A DNA stretch of 42,053 nt from the NCBI GenBank assembly GCA_964406295.1, contig CAYORB010000003.1, positions 1-42,053 of the forward strand, read 5' to 3'. Positions 1-9,613 of the stretch are shown here, piece by piece. How positions within the stretch are numbered: position 1 is the stretch's first letter; each line of letters begins with the position of its first letter. Made by a program: the position numbers and the translations under genes. The DNA is from an uncultured Candidatus Peribacteria bacterium (GTDB lineage Bacteria > Patescibacteriota > Gracilibacteria > UBA1369 > LOWO2-01-FULL-3). The notes beneath the pieces were generated by a model that did no database searches, had not been told where the DNA came from, and saw nothing but the letters and a program-made list of their open reading frames with translations.

Positions 1-17
1 CACATAATTTAAAAGCC

Positions 18-572
18 ATGAGAAGTGTAAACAAAGTAATTATAATCGGAAACCTTACAAGAAATCCTGAAATGAGAAAAACACCAAATGGTCAAAGTGT
101 AACAACATTTGGTATTGCTACAAATCGTGAATGGACAACAAAAAGTTCTGAAAAAAAGAACTCAGCAGAATTCCACGAATGTGTAGCCTGGGCTCGTTTA
201 GCAGAAATTTGCGATCAATATTTACAAAAAGGACAACTGGTTTATATAGAAGGGTATTTAAAAACTAGAAGTTGGGATAGCCCAGAAGGTATCAAGAAGT
301 TCAAAACTGAAATTGTTGTCAAAGATATGATCAGATTAGAAAAAAAATCACGTGATGGTGAAGAAATGGATTATATTCCAGAAGACTCTTCAATCTTTGA
401 TGGTGATAACGGAAATAGTGGATCCGGTGCTTACAGCAATGGTGACGACGACAATGGAAACGATGATGATGATACTGAAAAAGAAGAAGGTAATAAAAAT
501 GAAGATAAAACACCGTCACTAACTGACGATACTGAAAAAGAAAATCCTATAGATAAAGACTTAGGACTTTAA
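18..572 (+). CDS. ssb: Single-stranded DNA-binding protein
   Basis: OB-fold N-terminus (SVNKVIIIGNLTRNPEMR...GQLVYIEGYLKTRSW); long acidic Gly/Asp/Asn tail. Confidence 0.95.
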   Translation: MRSVNKVIIIGNLTRNPEMRKTPNGQSVTTFGIATNREWTTKSSEKKNSAEFHECVAWARLAEICDQYLQKGQLVYIEGYLKTRSWDSPEGIKKFKTEIVVKDMIRLEKKSRDGEEMDYIPEDSSIFDGDNGNSGSGAYSNGDDDNGNDDDDTEKEEGNKNEDKTPSLTDDTEKENPIDKDLGL

Positions 573-611
573 GCCTAAAAAGGCCGTATTATCCTAACTA
601 ACTAAACAATT

Positions 612-3600
612 ATGCAACAACAAGACAATAAACATAACTTCAACGCCATCACTCTTTCTGTGGCGTCACCTGAAGAAATTCTTTCTTGGTCAAATGGAGA
701 AGTAAAAAAACCAGAAACAATCAACTACAGAACTCAAAAACCTGAAAGAGACGGTTTGTTCTGTGAGAAAATTTTTGGACCAACCAAAAACTGGGAATGC
801 TACTGTGGTAAATATAAAAGAATACGATACAAAGGTGTAATTTGTGAAAAATGTGGAGTTGAAGTAACCAGATCATCAGTTCTTAGAGAAAGAATGGCTC
901 ATATAAAACTAGCTGTTCCAGTAACCCATATTTGGTTCCTAAGATCTACACCTAGTCGAATTGGTTTGCTTCTTGATTTACCAATCAAAACTCTTGAACA
1001 AGTAGTATATTTTGCCGCTTATATTATTTCTGAAGTTGATGAAGAGCATAGAACTGAAGTATTAGCTCAACTTGACGAAGAATATAAAAGCCATGAAAGA
1101 AAAATCAAAGAAGAATTCAAACAAGAATCACTTGATATTGAGAAAATTGAAGATAAAAAAGCTCAAGAGCAAGCAATTTTAGATTTAGAGGAAAAATATG
1201 CTGTAAAATTAGAAGATTTAAATTTCAATCATTCTGAAACAAAAGACACATTAGAAAAAATGGCAGTAGGGAAGGTTTATTCAGAAATTGCATATAGAGA
1301 CATGTCTATGAAATTCGGTCATGTTTTTAGAGCTGGAACAGGTGCAGAAACAATTAGAGAAATCATAGGTAATCTTGACCTTGAAGCATTAATCACAACA
1401 CTTAAAGAAGAAGCAAAAAGAAGCTCAGGACAAAAACATAAAAAAATCATTAAGAGAATTAAATTAGCTGGCAGTCTGGCTAAATCCAGCATTCAACCAG
1501 CTTGGTTCGTAATGACAGTTTTACCTATAATACCACCAGATTTAAGACCTATGGTGCAACTTGATGGAGGTAGATTCGCAGCTTCAGATTTAAATGATTT
1601 ATATAGAAGAGTAATCAACAGAAACAATCGTTTGAAGAGATTGATGTCCATAGGTGCTCCTGAGGTTATTTGTAGAAATGAAAAACGTATGCTTCAAGAA
1701 GCAGTAGACACATTGTTAAATAACTCAGCTAGACAAGGGAAGACTGTATTTAGCTCAGGAGATAAAAGAAAACTACGTTCTCTATCAGACATGTTAAAAG
1801 GTAAACAAGGTCGTTTCAGACAAAATCTACTCGGTAAGCGTGTAGATTATTCTGGTCGTTCAGTAATTATTATCGGTCCAAATTTAAAGCTACATCAATG
1901 TGGTATTCCAAAACTAATGGCAATCGAGTTATTCAAGCCATTTATTATTGGCAGACTAATCAGAGATGGTTTTGCTCATAATATTAAAAACTCTGAAAAA
2001 TTAATCCAAATTGGAACAAGGGAAGTTTGGGATATTCTGGAAGAAGTAACAAAAAATCATTTCGTATTACTAAATAGAGCACCGACTCTACATAGATTGG
2101 GTATTCAAGCTTTCCAACCTGTATTGATTGAAGGTAAAGCTATTCAGATTCACCCATTGGTTTGTGCAGCCTTTAACGCCGATTTTGATGGTGACCAAAT
2201 GGCAATTCATATCCCACTTTCAAAAGCAGCGCAAAAAGAAGCTAATGAACTAATGCTTTCAAAAAACAACTTATTAAAACCATCAGCTGGTGATCCGATT
2301 ATCACACCTACTCAAGATATGGTATTAGGATGTTATTACATGACAAAGTTGACTAATGGAGCAAAAGGTGAGGGAATGACATTTTCAAATGTTCAAGAAG
2401 CTATTATCGCTTATCAAACAGGCGCTGTAGATATACAAGCACCAATAAAATGTCGTTACCAAGAAGAAATTTTAGAAACAACTGTTGGTCGTTTAATTTT
2501 CAATAGTTTCATACCATCACCTCTACCCTACTATAATGAACCTGTTGGGAAAAAGAAATTAGGTAGTATTGTAAGTGAATGTTTTGAAGCTATTGGTACA
2601 GATGAAACAGCTAAACTTGCTGATAATTTAAAAGATTTTGGATTTAAATTCGCAACAAAATCAGGAATTTCTATCAGCCAAGCTGATATGATAATCCCTA
2701 AAGGGAAAAATAAGATAATTGAAGAATCTTCTGAAGTGGTTAAAAAAATCAACAACCAATATTGGAAAGGGTTGATAACAGAAGATGAAAGATATGTTCA
2801 TACAATCAAAATTTGGGCTCAAACAAAATCTGATATTGCCAAAAATATGGTTAACAGTATAGATAATGACAACAATATCTTTTACATGATAGACTCTGGA
2901 GCCCGTGGTAACTGGGGACAGATTACTCAGTTATGTGGAATGAAAGGTTTAGTAGCAAATCCAGCTGGTAAAACCATAGAGCTCCCAATTAAATCTAATT
3001 TAAAAGAAGGTTTCAAAATTCTTGAATACTTCATCGCGACTCATGGTGGACGTAAAGGTAAATCAGATACTGCTTTGAAAACTGCAGAAGCCGGTTACTT
3101 AACAAGACGTTTAGTTGATTCTAATCAAGACGTAGTCATTAGAGAAGTAGATTGTGGATCAAAAGAATCACATAAAATAACTCGTGAAGAATCAGAGAAA
3201 ATTGGTGAAAAATTTGAGACAAGAATTTATGGACGAACTCTCGCAGAAGATTTAAAAAACGGAAAAGGTAAAAAAATTGCTGGAAAAGGATTCATTATTG
3301 AAAGAGACACAATTAAGTTGATTAGTGAAAACGATATATCTGAAGTAATCGTTAGATCTGTAATGACATGTCAAACTGAAAACGGGATTTGTGTAAAATG
3401 TTATGGTAAAGATTTAGGAACAAACGCAGAAGTAGAAATTGGTACGGCCGTTGGTATTATTGCCGCACAAAGTATCGGTGAACCAGGTACTCAGTTGACT
3501 ATGCGTACCTTCCATATGGGTGGTGTAGCTGAGGGAAGTGATATCACACAAGGTCTTACACGTGTAGAAGAATTATTCGAAGCCAGGGCACCAAAGAGTC

Positions 3601-4523
3601 CTGCGGTCATTTCAGAAATTGATGGATTATTAAAAGTTAAAAGAAAAGGTAAGATAACTGAATTAACTGTTACATCAGCTAAACCTATAGATACGACTTA
3701 CACCTTGCTGGAAGATATGGTCCCAACTGTAAAAGTTGGTGATGAAATAAAAGCTAAAATGACAATCGCTAAAGGCGAAAATCACAAAGGCTCAGTTAAA
3801 GCTGGAGAAGAAGGTACTGTAAAATCAGTTAAAGGAAATAAAATTGTCATCAAGAGTAATGGTCCAGTTGAAAAACTCTACACCATTCCTTCAATGAGAA
3901 CAGTGATTGCAGAAAACAAATCACAAGTTTCAAAAGGACAAGCTCTTACAAGCGGTCATTTAAATCTAAGAGAGTTAATGGCTCTATCAAACGAATACAT
4001 TGTTCAAAAGTACATCATGACTGAAGTACAAAGTATTTATGCTTCTCAAGGACAAAGTATCAATGATAAACACATAGAAATCATAGCAAGACAAATGCTT
4101 TCAAAAATCAGAGTTCTTGAAAGTGGTGACGGTAAATTCCTGCCTGGAGAAATAATTGACATTATTAAATTCAATAATGCAAATGCAGCACTAAGAGCAG
4201 AAGGTAAAAAAGAAGCTTCTGGAGAACGTTTATTACTTGGACTAACCAGAATCGCTCTTCACACCGAATCTTGGCTGTCAGCAGCGTCTTTCCAAGAAAC
4301 AATCCGTGTATTAGTTGAAGCTTCAACTACAAACCGTATTGATAAGCTTGAAGGTCTAAAAGAAAATGTTATTATTGGTAAATTAATCCCTGCTGGAGAA
4401 ACATACAGAAAAAATCATCCTGATTATATTGCCCCACAAATAAAAGAAATTTCAGAAGAAGAAATTGAACAATCTGAAGAAAGTAAAACTCTTGAAAGGG
4501 TAGCTCAACTACCAATCATATAA
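612..4523 (+). CDS. rpoC: RNA polymerase beta' subunit
   Basis: NADFDGD catalytic motif, N-terminal Zn ribbon (CYCGKYK...CEKC), LLGKRVDYSGRSV, trigger loop QLTMRTFH. Confidence 0.99.
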   Translation: MQQQDNKHNFNAITLSVASPEEILSWSNGEVKKPETINYRTQKPERDGLFCEKIFGPTKNWECYCGKYKRIRYKGVICEKCGVEVTRSSVLRERMAHIKLAVPVTHIWFLRSTPSRIGLLLDLPIKTLEQVVYFAAYIISEVDEEHRTEVLAQLDEEYKSHERKIKEEFKQESLDIEKIEDKKAQEQAILDLEEKYAVKLEDLNFNHSETKDTLEKMAVGKVYSEIAYRDMSMKFGHVFRAGTGAETIREIIGNLDLEALITTLKEEAKRSSGQKHKKIIKRIKLAGSLAKSSIQPAWFVMTVLPIIPPDLRPMVQLDGGRFAASDLNDLYRRVINRNNRLKRLMSIGAPEVICRNEKRMLQEAVDTLLNNSARQGKTVFSSGDKRKLRSLSDMLKGKQGRFRQNLLGKRVDYSGRSVIIIGPNLKLHQCGIPKLMAIELFKPFIIGRLIRDGFAHNIKNSEKLIQIGTREVWDILEEVTKNHFVLLNRAPTLHRLGIQAFQPVLIEGKAIQIHPLVCAAFNADFDGDQMAIHIPLSKAAQKEANELMLSKNNLLKPSAGDPIITPTQDMVLGCYYMTKLTNGAKGEGMTFSNVQEAIIAYQTGAVDIQAPIKCRYQEEILETTVGRLIFNSFIPSPLPYYNEPVGKKKLGSIVSECFEAIGTDETAKLADNLKDFGFKFATKSGISISQADMIIPKGKNKIIEESSEVVKKINNQYWKGLITEDERYVHTIKIWAQTKSDIAKNMVNSIDNDNNIFYMIDSGARGNWGQITQLCGMKGLVANPAGKTIELPIKSNLKEGFKILEYFIATHGGRKGKSDTALKTAEAGYLTRRLVDSNQDVVIREVDCGSKESHKITREESEKIGEKFETRIYGRTLAEDLKNGKGKKIAGKGFIIERDTIKLISENDISEVIVRSVMTCQTENGICVKCYGKDLGTNAEVEIGTAVGIIAAQSIGEPGTQLTMRTFHMGGVAEGSDITQGLTRVEELFEARAPKSPAVISEIDGLLKVKRKGKITELTVTSAKPIDTTYTLLEDMVPTVKVGDEIKAKMTIAKGENHKGSVKAGEEGTVKSVKGNKIVIKSNGPVEKLYTIPSMRTVIAENKSQVSKGQALTSGHLNLRELMALSNEYIVQKYIMTEVQSIYASQGQSINDKHIEIIARQMLSKIRVLESGDGKFLPGEIIDIIKFNNANAALRAEGKKEASGERLLLGLTRIALHTESWLSAASFQETIRVLVEASTTNRIDKLEGLKENVIIGKLIPAGETYRKNHPDYIAPQIKEISEEEIEQSEESKTLERVAQLPII

Positions 4524-4530
4524 AATCAGC

Positions 4531-4559
4531 TTGCAAAGGCGAAAAAGATCATATAAACT
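4531..4559 (+). promoter_or_regulatory. Putative sigma70 promoter of rpsL
   Basis: TTGCAA-N17-TAAACT in the rpoC-rpsL spacer. Confidence 0.6.
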
Positions 4560-4589
4560 CGCCGAGCTATAATATCTATACTAAAGTAC

Positions 4590-5003
4590 ATGCCAACAAT
4601 TCAACAACTCATCAAAAAAGGAAGAAAGAGAAGTAAAGCACAGAGTAAATCACCTGCAATGCAGTTCTCTACAAACAGTTTGAAAAACACAACTGTGCAA
4701 ATTGGTTGTCCACAAAAACGTGGTGTATGTGTCAAAGTAACAACTATGACACCTAAAAAACCAAACTCAGCTTTACGTAAAGTTGCAAGAGTAAGATTAA
4801 CCAACGGTGTTGAAGTAAATGCTTACATTGGTGGAGAAGGGCATAACCTACAGGAACATTCAGTTGTAGTAATTCGTGGAGGAAGAGTAAAAGATTTACC
4901 TGGTGTGCGTTATCATGTGGTACGTGGTTTAATGGATACACAAGGTGTAAAAGATAGAAAGCAAGGAAGATCTAAATATGGAGCTAAAAAGCCAAAAGCA
5001 TAA
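4590..5003 (+). CDS. rpsL: 30S ribosomal protein uS12
   Basis: [29 protein letters not shown]. Confidence 0.99.
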   Translation: MPTIQQLIKKGRKRSKAQSKSPAMQFSTNSLKNTTVQIGCPQKRGVCVKVTTMTPKKPNSALRKVARVRLTNGVEVNAYIGGEGHNLQEHSVVVIRGGRVKDLPGVRYHVVRGLMDTQGVKDRKQGRSKYGAKKPKA

Positions 5004-5026
5004 CAATAAATTAACGCGAGTCTCAA

Positions 5027-5464
5027 ATGACAACAGAACAATCAACATCACCACTTCAAGAAAAATTCATCAATTATATAATGCTTGATGGAAAAAAATC
5101 CATCGCTCAGAAAATATTTGAAGAAACATTCAAAATCATTGTTAAAAAAACTTCTTTGGAACCAGACAAGGTTTTTAAATCAGCTATAGACAATGTAAAA
5201 CCTAAGCTTGAAGTAAAAGCGAAAAGAATTGGAGGAGCAGTATACCAAGTGCCAAGAGAAGTAAAACCAAATCGTCAATTATCTTTAGCATTCAGATGGC
5301 TTATCAATGCCGCAAGAGGAAAAAAAGGATCTTCTATGGCACAAAGATTAGCAAATGAACTTATTGAAGCATCAAACGAACAAGGTGCAGCATTCAAAAA
5401 ACGTGAAGACACCCACAGAATGGCTGAAGCAAACAAAGCTTTCGCACATTTCGCAAGATACTAG
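5027..5464 (+). CDS. rpsG: 30S ribosomal protein uS7 (short N-terminus)
   Basis: DGKKSIA, RIGGAVYQVP, HRMAEANKAFAH. Confidence 0.98.
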   Translation: MTTEQSTSPLQEKFINYIMLDGKKSIAQKIFEETFKIIVKKTSLEPDKVFKSAIDNVKPKLEVKAKRIGGAVYQVPREVKPNRQLSLAFRWLINAARGKKGSSMAQRLANELIEASNEQGAAFKKREDTHRMAEANKAFAHFARY

Positions 5465-5484
5465 TAGCTTCTCTTTTTGTTTTA

Positions 5485-5512
5485 TTGACATTCCCCTATC
5501 GCGCCCTATAAT
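5485..5512 (+). promoter_or_regulatory. Putative sigma70 promoter of fusA
   Basis: Perfect consensus TTGACA-N16-TATAAT. Confidence 0.75.
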
Positions 5513-5560
5513 GCCAGGGCGTATTTTCGCTTAAATATACATAATTTAACAATTTAAAAA

Positions 5561-7645
5561 ATGTCTGACGATCTGAATAATTTACGAAACATCGGTATCA
5601 TCGCTCACATCGATGCTGGTAAAACAACTGTAACCGAACGTATCCTTTTTTACACAGGTGTGAGCCACAAAATTGGTGAGACTCACTCAGGTGAATCACA
5701 AATGGACTGGATGGATCAAGAAAAAGAAAGAGGTATTACAATCACATCCGCTGCTACAAGATGCTTTTGGGAACATTCAAAAAAAGGAAAATTCCATATC
5801 AATATTATTGACACTCCGGGACACGTAGATTTCACAGTTGAAGTTGAAAGATCACTTCGTGTGCTAGACGGTGGTGTTGCTATTTTTGATGGTGCTATGG
5901 GAGTTGAGCCACAATCAGAAACAGTATGGCGTCAAGCAGATAAGTATAACGTACCTCGTATAGCTTTCGTTAATAAAATGGACAAAATGGGGGCAGATTT
6001 CTTTAAGAGTTTAAAAAGTATTCACGAAAGACTTACTCCAAATGCAGTTGCAATCCAACTAGCAATAGGTGCTGAAAGTGAATTTGCTGGCGTAGTTGAT
6101 TTAGTAGAAAGAAAAGCTTATAAATTCGAAGGAGATTTCGGAGAAAAAGTAGTGGAAATGGACGTACCAGAAGACATGAAAGATTACATGGAAGAATACC
6201 GTGCAACATTAGTAGAAAAAGTCGCAGAACATGACGATGCGTTAATGGAGAAATTTTTAGAAGAACAAGAAATTACTATCGATGAGCTGAAAGCAGGAAT
6301 AAGAAAAGCAACAATCGCAGGAGAAATTTATCCTGTACTATGTGGTACTGCGCTAAGAAACCAAGGTGTTCAATTATTACTAGATGCAGTTTGCGAATAC
6401 CTACCAAGCCCACTCGATGTAGAAGCTATCACTGGTACAAACACAAGAACTGACGAAGAGATAAAGATAAAACCAGATTCAAGCGAGCCATTGACAGGTC
6501 TAGCATTCAAAATCGCTACAGACCCATTTGTAGGTGTACTTTGTTACTATAGACTTTACTCTGGGAAACTAGAGTCAGGTTCATATGTAATGAATAGCCG
6601 TACAGGTAATAAAGAAAGAGTTGGACGTTTGATTCAAATGCACGCAAATTCAAGAGAAGAAATTAAATCAGCATCTGCTGGTGATATCGTGGCTATAGTT
6701 GGTCTTAAAAAGACAACAACCGGTGACACTCTATGTGATGTAAGTCATAATATCGCACTGGAATCTATGGATTTCCCTGAACCGGTTATTCGTATTGCAA
6801 TAGAACCAAAAACAAAAGCTGATCAAGAAAAAATGGGTACAGCTTTAACAAAACTATCTGGAGAAGATCCAACACTAAGAATCAACACAGATGAAGAAAC
6901 TGGTCAAACAATCATAGCTGGTATGGGTGAGCTTCACTTAGATATCATCGTTGATCGTATGAAAAGAGAGTTTAAAGTAGAAGCAAACATTGGAGCTCCT
7001 CAAGTAGCGTATCGTGAAACTATTACGAGCGAAGTAAAGATGGAAGAAAAATACGCAAAACAATCTGGTGGTCGTGGTCAATATGGACACGTACACCTAA
7101 AGATCACTCCACAAGAAGCAGGTGAAGGATATGAATTTATAAACTCTATCGTTGGAGGTAAAATTCCAAAAGAATACATCCCAGCCGTTGACAAAGGTAT
7201 TCAAGAAGCTATGTCTAAAGGTGTGATTGCCAATTACCCGTTGGTAGATGTAAAAGCTGAGCTTTATGACGGAAGTTACCATGACGTAGATTCGAACGAA
7301 ATGGCATTTAAAATTGCTGGTTCAATATGTTTCCAAAACGCGGTTAAACAAGCTAATCCAGTTCTTTTAGAACCTATTATGAACGTTGAAGTTACTGTAC
7401 CAGAAGATTATTTTGGAGATGTAATGGGAGACATCAGTTCTCGTCGTGGACAAATCAATGAAAGTGGTGATAGAGGAATGGTTAAATTCATCAAAGCAAA
7501 TATACCTTTAGCATCTATGTTCGGTTACGTTGGTGATCTTAGATCAATGACTCAAGGACGTGGTAATTACACAATGGAATTTGGTCACTACGACAAAGTC
7601 CCTGCTAATGTTGCAGAAGAGATTATCGCTAAGAGAAACTCATAA
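5561..7645 (+). CDS. fusA: Elongation factor G
   Basis: [34 protein letters not shown]. Confidence 0.99.
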   Translation: MSDDLNNLRNIGIIAHIDAGKTTVTERILFYTGVSHKIGETHSGESQMDWMDQEKERGITITSAATRCFWEHSKKGKFHINIIDTPGHVDFTVEVERSLRVLDGGVAIFDGAMGVEPQSETVWRQADKYNVPRIAFVNKMDKMGADFFKSLKSIHERLTPNAVAIQLAIGAESEFAGVVDLVERKAYKFEGDFGEKVVEMDVPEDMKDYMEEYRATLVEKVAEHDDALMEKFLEEQEITIDELKAGIRKATIAGEIYPVLCGTALRNQGVQLLLDAVCEYLPSPLDVEAITGTNTRTDEEIKIKPDSSEPLTGLAFKIATDPFVGVLCYYRLYSGKLESGSYVMNSRTGNKERVGRLIQMHANSREEIKSASAGDIVAIVGLKKTTTGDTLCDVSHNIALESMDFPEPVIRIAIEPKTKADQEKMGTALTKLSGEDPTLRINTDEETGQTIIAGMGELHLDIIVDRMKREFKVEANIGAPQVAYRETITSEVKMEEKYAKQSGGRGQYGHVHLKITPQEAGEGYEFINSIVGGKIPKEYIPAVDKGIQEAMSKGVIANYPLVDVKAELYDGSYHDVDSNEMAFKIAGSICFQNAVKQANPVLLEPIMNVEVTVPEDYFGDVMGDISSRRGQINESGDRGMVKFIKANIPLASMFGYVGDLRSMTQGRGNYTMEFGHYDKVPANVAEEIIAKRNS

Positions 7646-7652
7646 AATTATC

Positions 7653-7681
7653 TTGCGAATGCCATCATTTTCCGATAGTAT
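7653..7681 (+). promoter_or_regulatory. Putative sigma70 promoter of tuf
   Basis: TTGCGA-N17-TAGTAT; the hexamers lie within an imperfect inverted repeat (GCGAAT...ATTCGC). Confidence 0.55.
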
Positions 7682-7744
7682 TCGCCAGCCTGTCACTTAT
7701 GCACAGGTAAGTACATTTATATTAATCCATAACAAAGCAATAAC

Positions 7745-8935
7745 ATGGCTGATGGAAAATTTGATAGAAGCAAGCCGCATGTTAATGTGGGAACCATTGG
7801 TCACGTTGACCACGGTAAAACCACTTTAACTGCAGCGATCACCGTTTGTGCTGCAAAGTACTATCCAGGTGGAGTAAATAAAGTGATAGCATTCGAGAAT
7901 ATCGATAATGCTCCAGAAGAAAGAGAAAGAGGTATTACAATTGCCACTTCTCACCAAGAATACGAAACAAGCACGAGACACTACGCTCACGTTGATTGTC
8001 CAGGACATGCCGATTATGTTAAAAACATGATCACAGGTGCCGCTCAAATGGACGGTGCGATACTAGTTGTATCTGCTGCTGACGGACCAATGCCACAAAC
8101 TCGTGAACATATCCTTCTTGCTAGACAGGTTGGTGTACCAAGAATAGTTGTATTCATGAACAAAATGGATATGGCTGATCCTGAAATCGCTGAATTGGCT
8201 GAAATGGAAGTTCGTGAACTTCTTACTAAGTACGAATTCGATGGTGATAACACCCCAGTTATTTGTGGTTCTGCTCTTAAAGCAATTGAAGGTGATGAAG
8301 CTTATCAAGACAAAATCAGAGACCTTCTTGAAGCTCTTGACGCTTACATTCCTGAACCAGTTCGTGAATTGGACAAACCATTCCTAATGCCAGTTGAAGA
8401 CGTATTCTCTATTAAGGGACGTGGGACTGTTGCTACAGGTAAGATCGAACAAGGTGTAGTAAAGGTTGGAGAAGAAGTTGAAATCGTTGGTATCAAAGAA
8501 ACTAGAAAAGTAACAATTACCGGTGTTGAGATGTTCAAAAAAGAACTTGATCAAGGTCAAGCTGGTGATAACGTTGGTCTTCTGATTCGTGGTATAGAAA
8601 GAGATGAGATTGAAAGAGGGCAAGTTATCGCAAAATCAGGAACAATCACTCCTCATACAAAATTTGAAGCTGAGGTTTATATCCTTACAAAAGACGAAGG
8701 TGGAAGACATACTCCATTCTTCAAAGGTTACAAACCACAATTCTATATCAGAACAACTGATGTAACTGGTGATGTTGAATTACCTGCTGATGTTGAAATG
8801 GTGATGCCTGGTGATAATGTTAAATTCACTGTTACACTTGGATCTCCAATCGCTCTTGAAGAAGGTACTCGTTTCGCTATCCGTGAAGGTGGTAGAACAG
8901 TAGGTTCAGGAGTAATTGCAAAGATCATTGAATAA
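7745..8935 (+). CDS. tuf: Elongation factor Tu
   Basis: [32 protein letters not shown]. Confidence 0.99.
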   Translation: MADGKFDRSKPHVNVGTIGHVDHGKTTLTAAITVCAAKYYPGGVNKVIAFENIDNAPEERERGITIATSHQEYETSTRHYAHVDCPGHADYVKNMITGAAQMDGAILVVSAADGPMPQTREHILLARQVGVPRIVVFMNKMDMADPEIAELAEMEVRELLTKYEFDGDNTPVICGSALKAIEGDEAYQDKIRDLLEALDAYIPEPVRELDKPFLMPVEDVFSIKGRGTVATGKIEQGVVKVGEEVEIVGIKETRKVTITGVEMFKKELDQGQAGDNVGLLIRGIERDEIERGQVIAKSGTITPHTKFEAEVYILTKDEGGRHTPFFKGYKPQFYIRTTDVTGDVELPADVEMVMPGDNVKFTVTLGSPIALEEGTRFAIREGGRTVGSGVIAKIIE

Positions 8936-8937
8936 CA

Positions 8938-8960
8938 GAAGTTCTGTGAAACAGAACTTC
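8938..8960 (+). repeat. Perfect 10-bp inverted repeat just after the tuf stop
   Basis: GAAGTTCTGT-GAA-ACAGAACTTC. Confidence 0.8.
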
Positions 8961-8994
8961 AAGTCTTGAAACTTCAAGCTCTAAAAAACAATTT

Positions 8995-9023
8995 AAAGAC
9001 CTCGCTCATGCGGGGTCTTTTTT
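8995..9023 (+). terminator. Intrinsic terminator after tuf
   Basis: AAAGACCTCGC-TCAT-GCGGGGTCTTT followed by a T run. Confidence 0.85.
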
Positions 9024-9055
9024 GCAATCCAACCCACCATTTTCCTCAAATAGTA

Positions 9056-9086
9056 TTGACATTAACTTCCATTACAATTATACATT
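9056..9086 (+). promoter_or_regulatory. Putative sigma70 promoter of rpsJ
   Basis: TTGACA at 9056-9061; -10 is either TATACA (17-nt spacer) or TACATT (19-nt spacer). Confidence 0.55.
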
Positions 9087-9234
9087 CGTAGTACGCCGTG
9101 TACATAGTACGTACAACAAAATCAATTTCCTGCTTTTAGGAAATCGCTCGCACAAATGGCGGGACAGCTCGAAATAGAAAATTTCCACATAGGGAAACTC
9201 TTAAAACCGAGCAAATACAGCTCGGTATTTTTTT
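9087..9234 (+). ncRNA. Structured rpsJ 5' leader with putative terminator/antiterminator
   Basis: Hairpins GTACG/CGTAC, ATTTCCT/AGGAAAT, TTTCC/GGAAA; terminator-like ACCGAGC-AAATACA-GCTCGGT-ATTTTTTT at 9206-9234; competing GCTCG at 9167-9171. Confidence 0.6.
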
Positions 9235-9247
9235 AACCCAAATGAAA

Positions 9248-9571
9248 ATGGCAGCTAAACAAAAGATAAGAATCAAAATCAAATCTTTCGATCACAAAGT
9301 AATTGATGAAACTACAAAAATCATTATCGAAAGTGCAGAAAGAACAGGTGCAATGGTTGCAGGACCTATCCCCCTACCAACAAAGATTGAAAAATTTACC
9401 GTAAATAAATCAACTTTTGTTCACAAAACTGCAAGAGAACAATTTGAAATGCGTACACATTCACGTCTTATAGACATCACAGAAACAACTCCTCATACGA
9501 TAGAAGCCCTATCAAACTTAAGCCTACCAGCAGGAGTAGAAATAGAAATCAAAATGCTGACAGAAGCATAA
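9248..9571 (+). CDS. rpsJ: 30S ribosomal protein uS10
   Basis: [32 protein letters not shown]; alternative in-frame ATG at 9242. Confidence 0.98.
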   Translation: MAAKQKIRIKIKSFDHKVIDETTKIIIESAERTGAMVAGPIPLPTKIEKFTVNKSTFVHKTAREQFEMRTHSRLIDITETTPHTIEALSNLSLPAGVEIEIKMLTEA

Positions 9572-9585
9572 TCCTGTGTTAGATT
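9557..9585 (+). promoter_or_regulatory. Possible promoter of the antiporter gene, overlapping the rpsJ 3' end
   Basis: CTGACA-N17-TAGATT with TGn extended -10. Confidence 0.35.
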
Positions 9586-9613
9586 TTAAAAAACACATTC
9601 ATTCTTCAAAATC

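Noticed and set aside
879-893. RpoC VLRER where VRRER is usual
   Set aside because: A single-base difference (CTT versus CGT) that cannot be distinguished from a sequencing error without reads.
7560-7829. 89-aa + strand ORF bridging fusA and tuf
   Set aside because: Out-of-frame overlap with both genes, spans a promoter, and has no motif.
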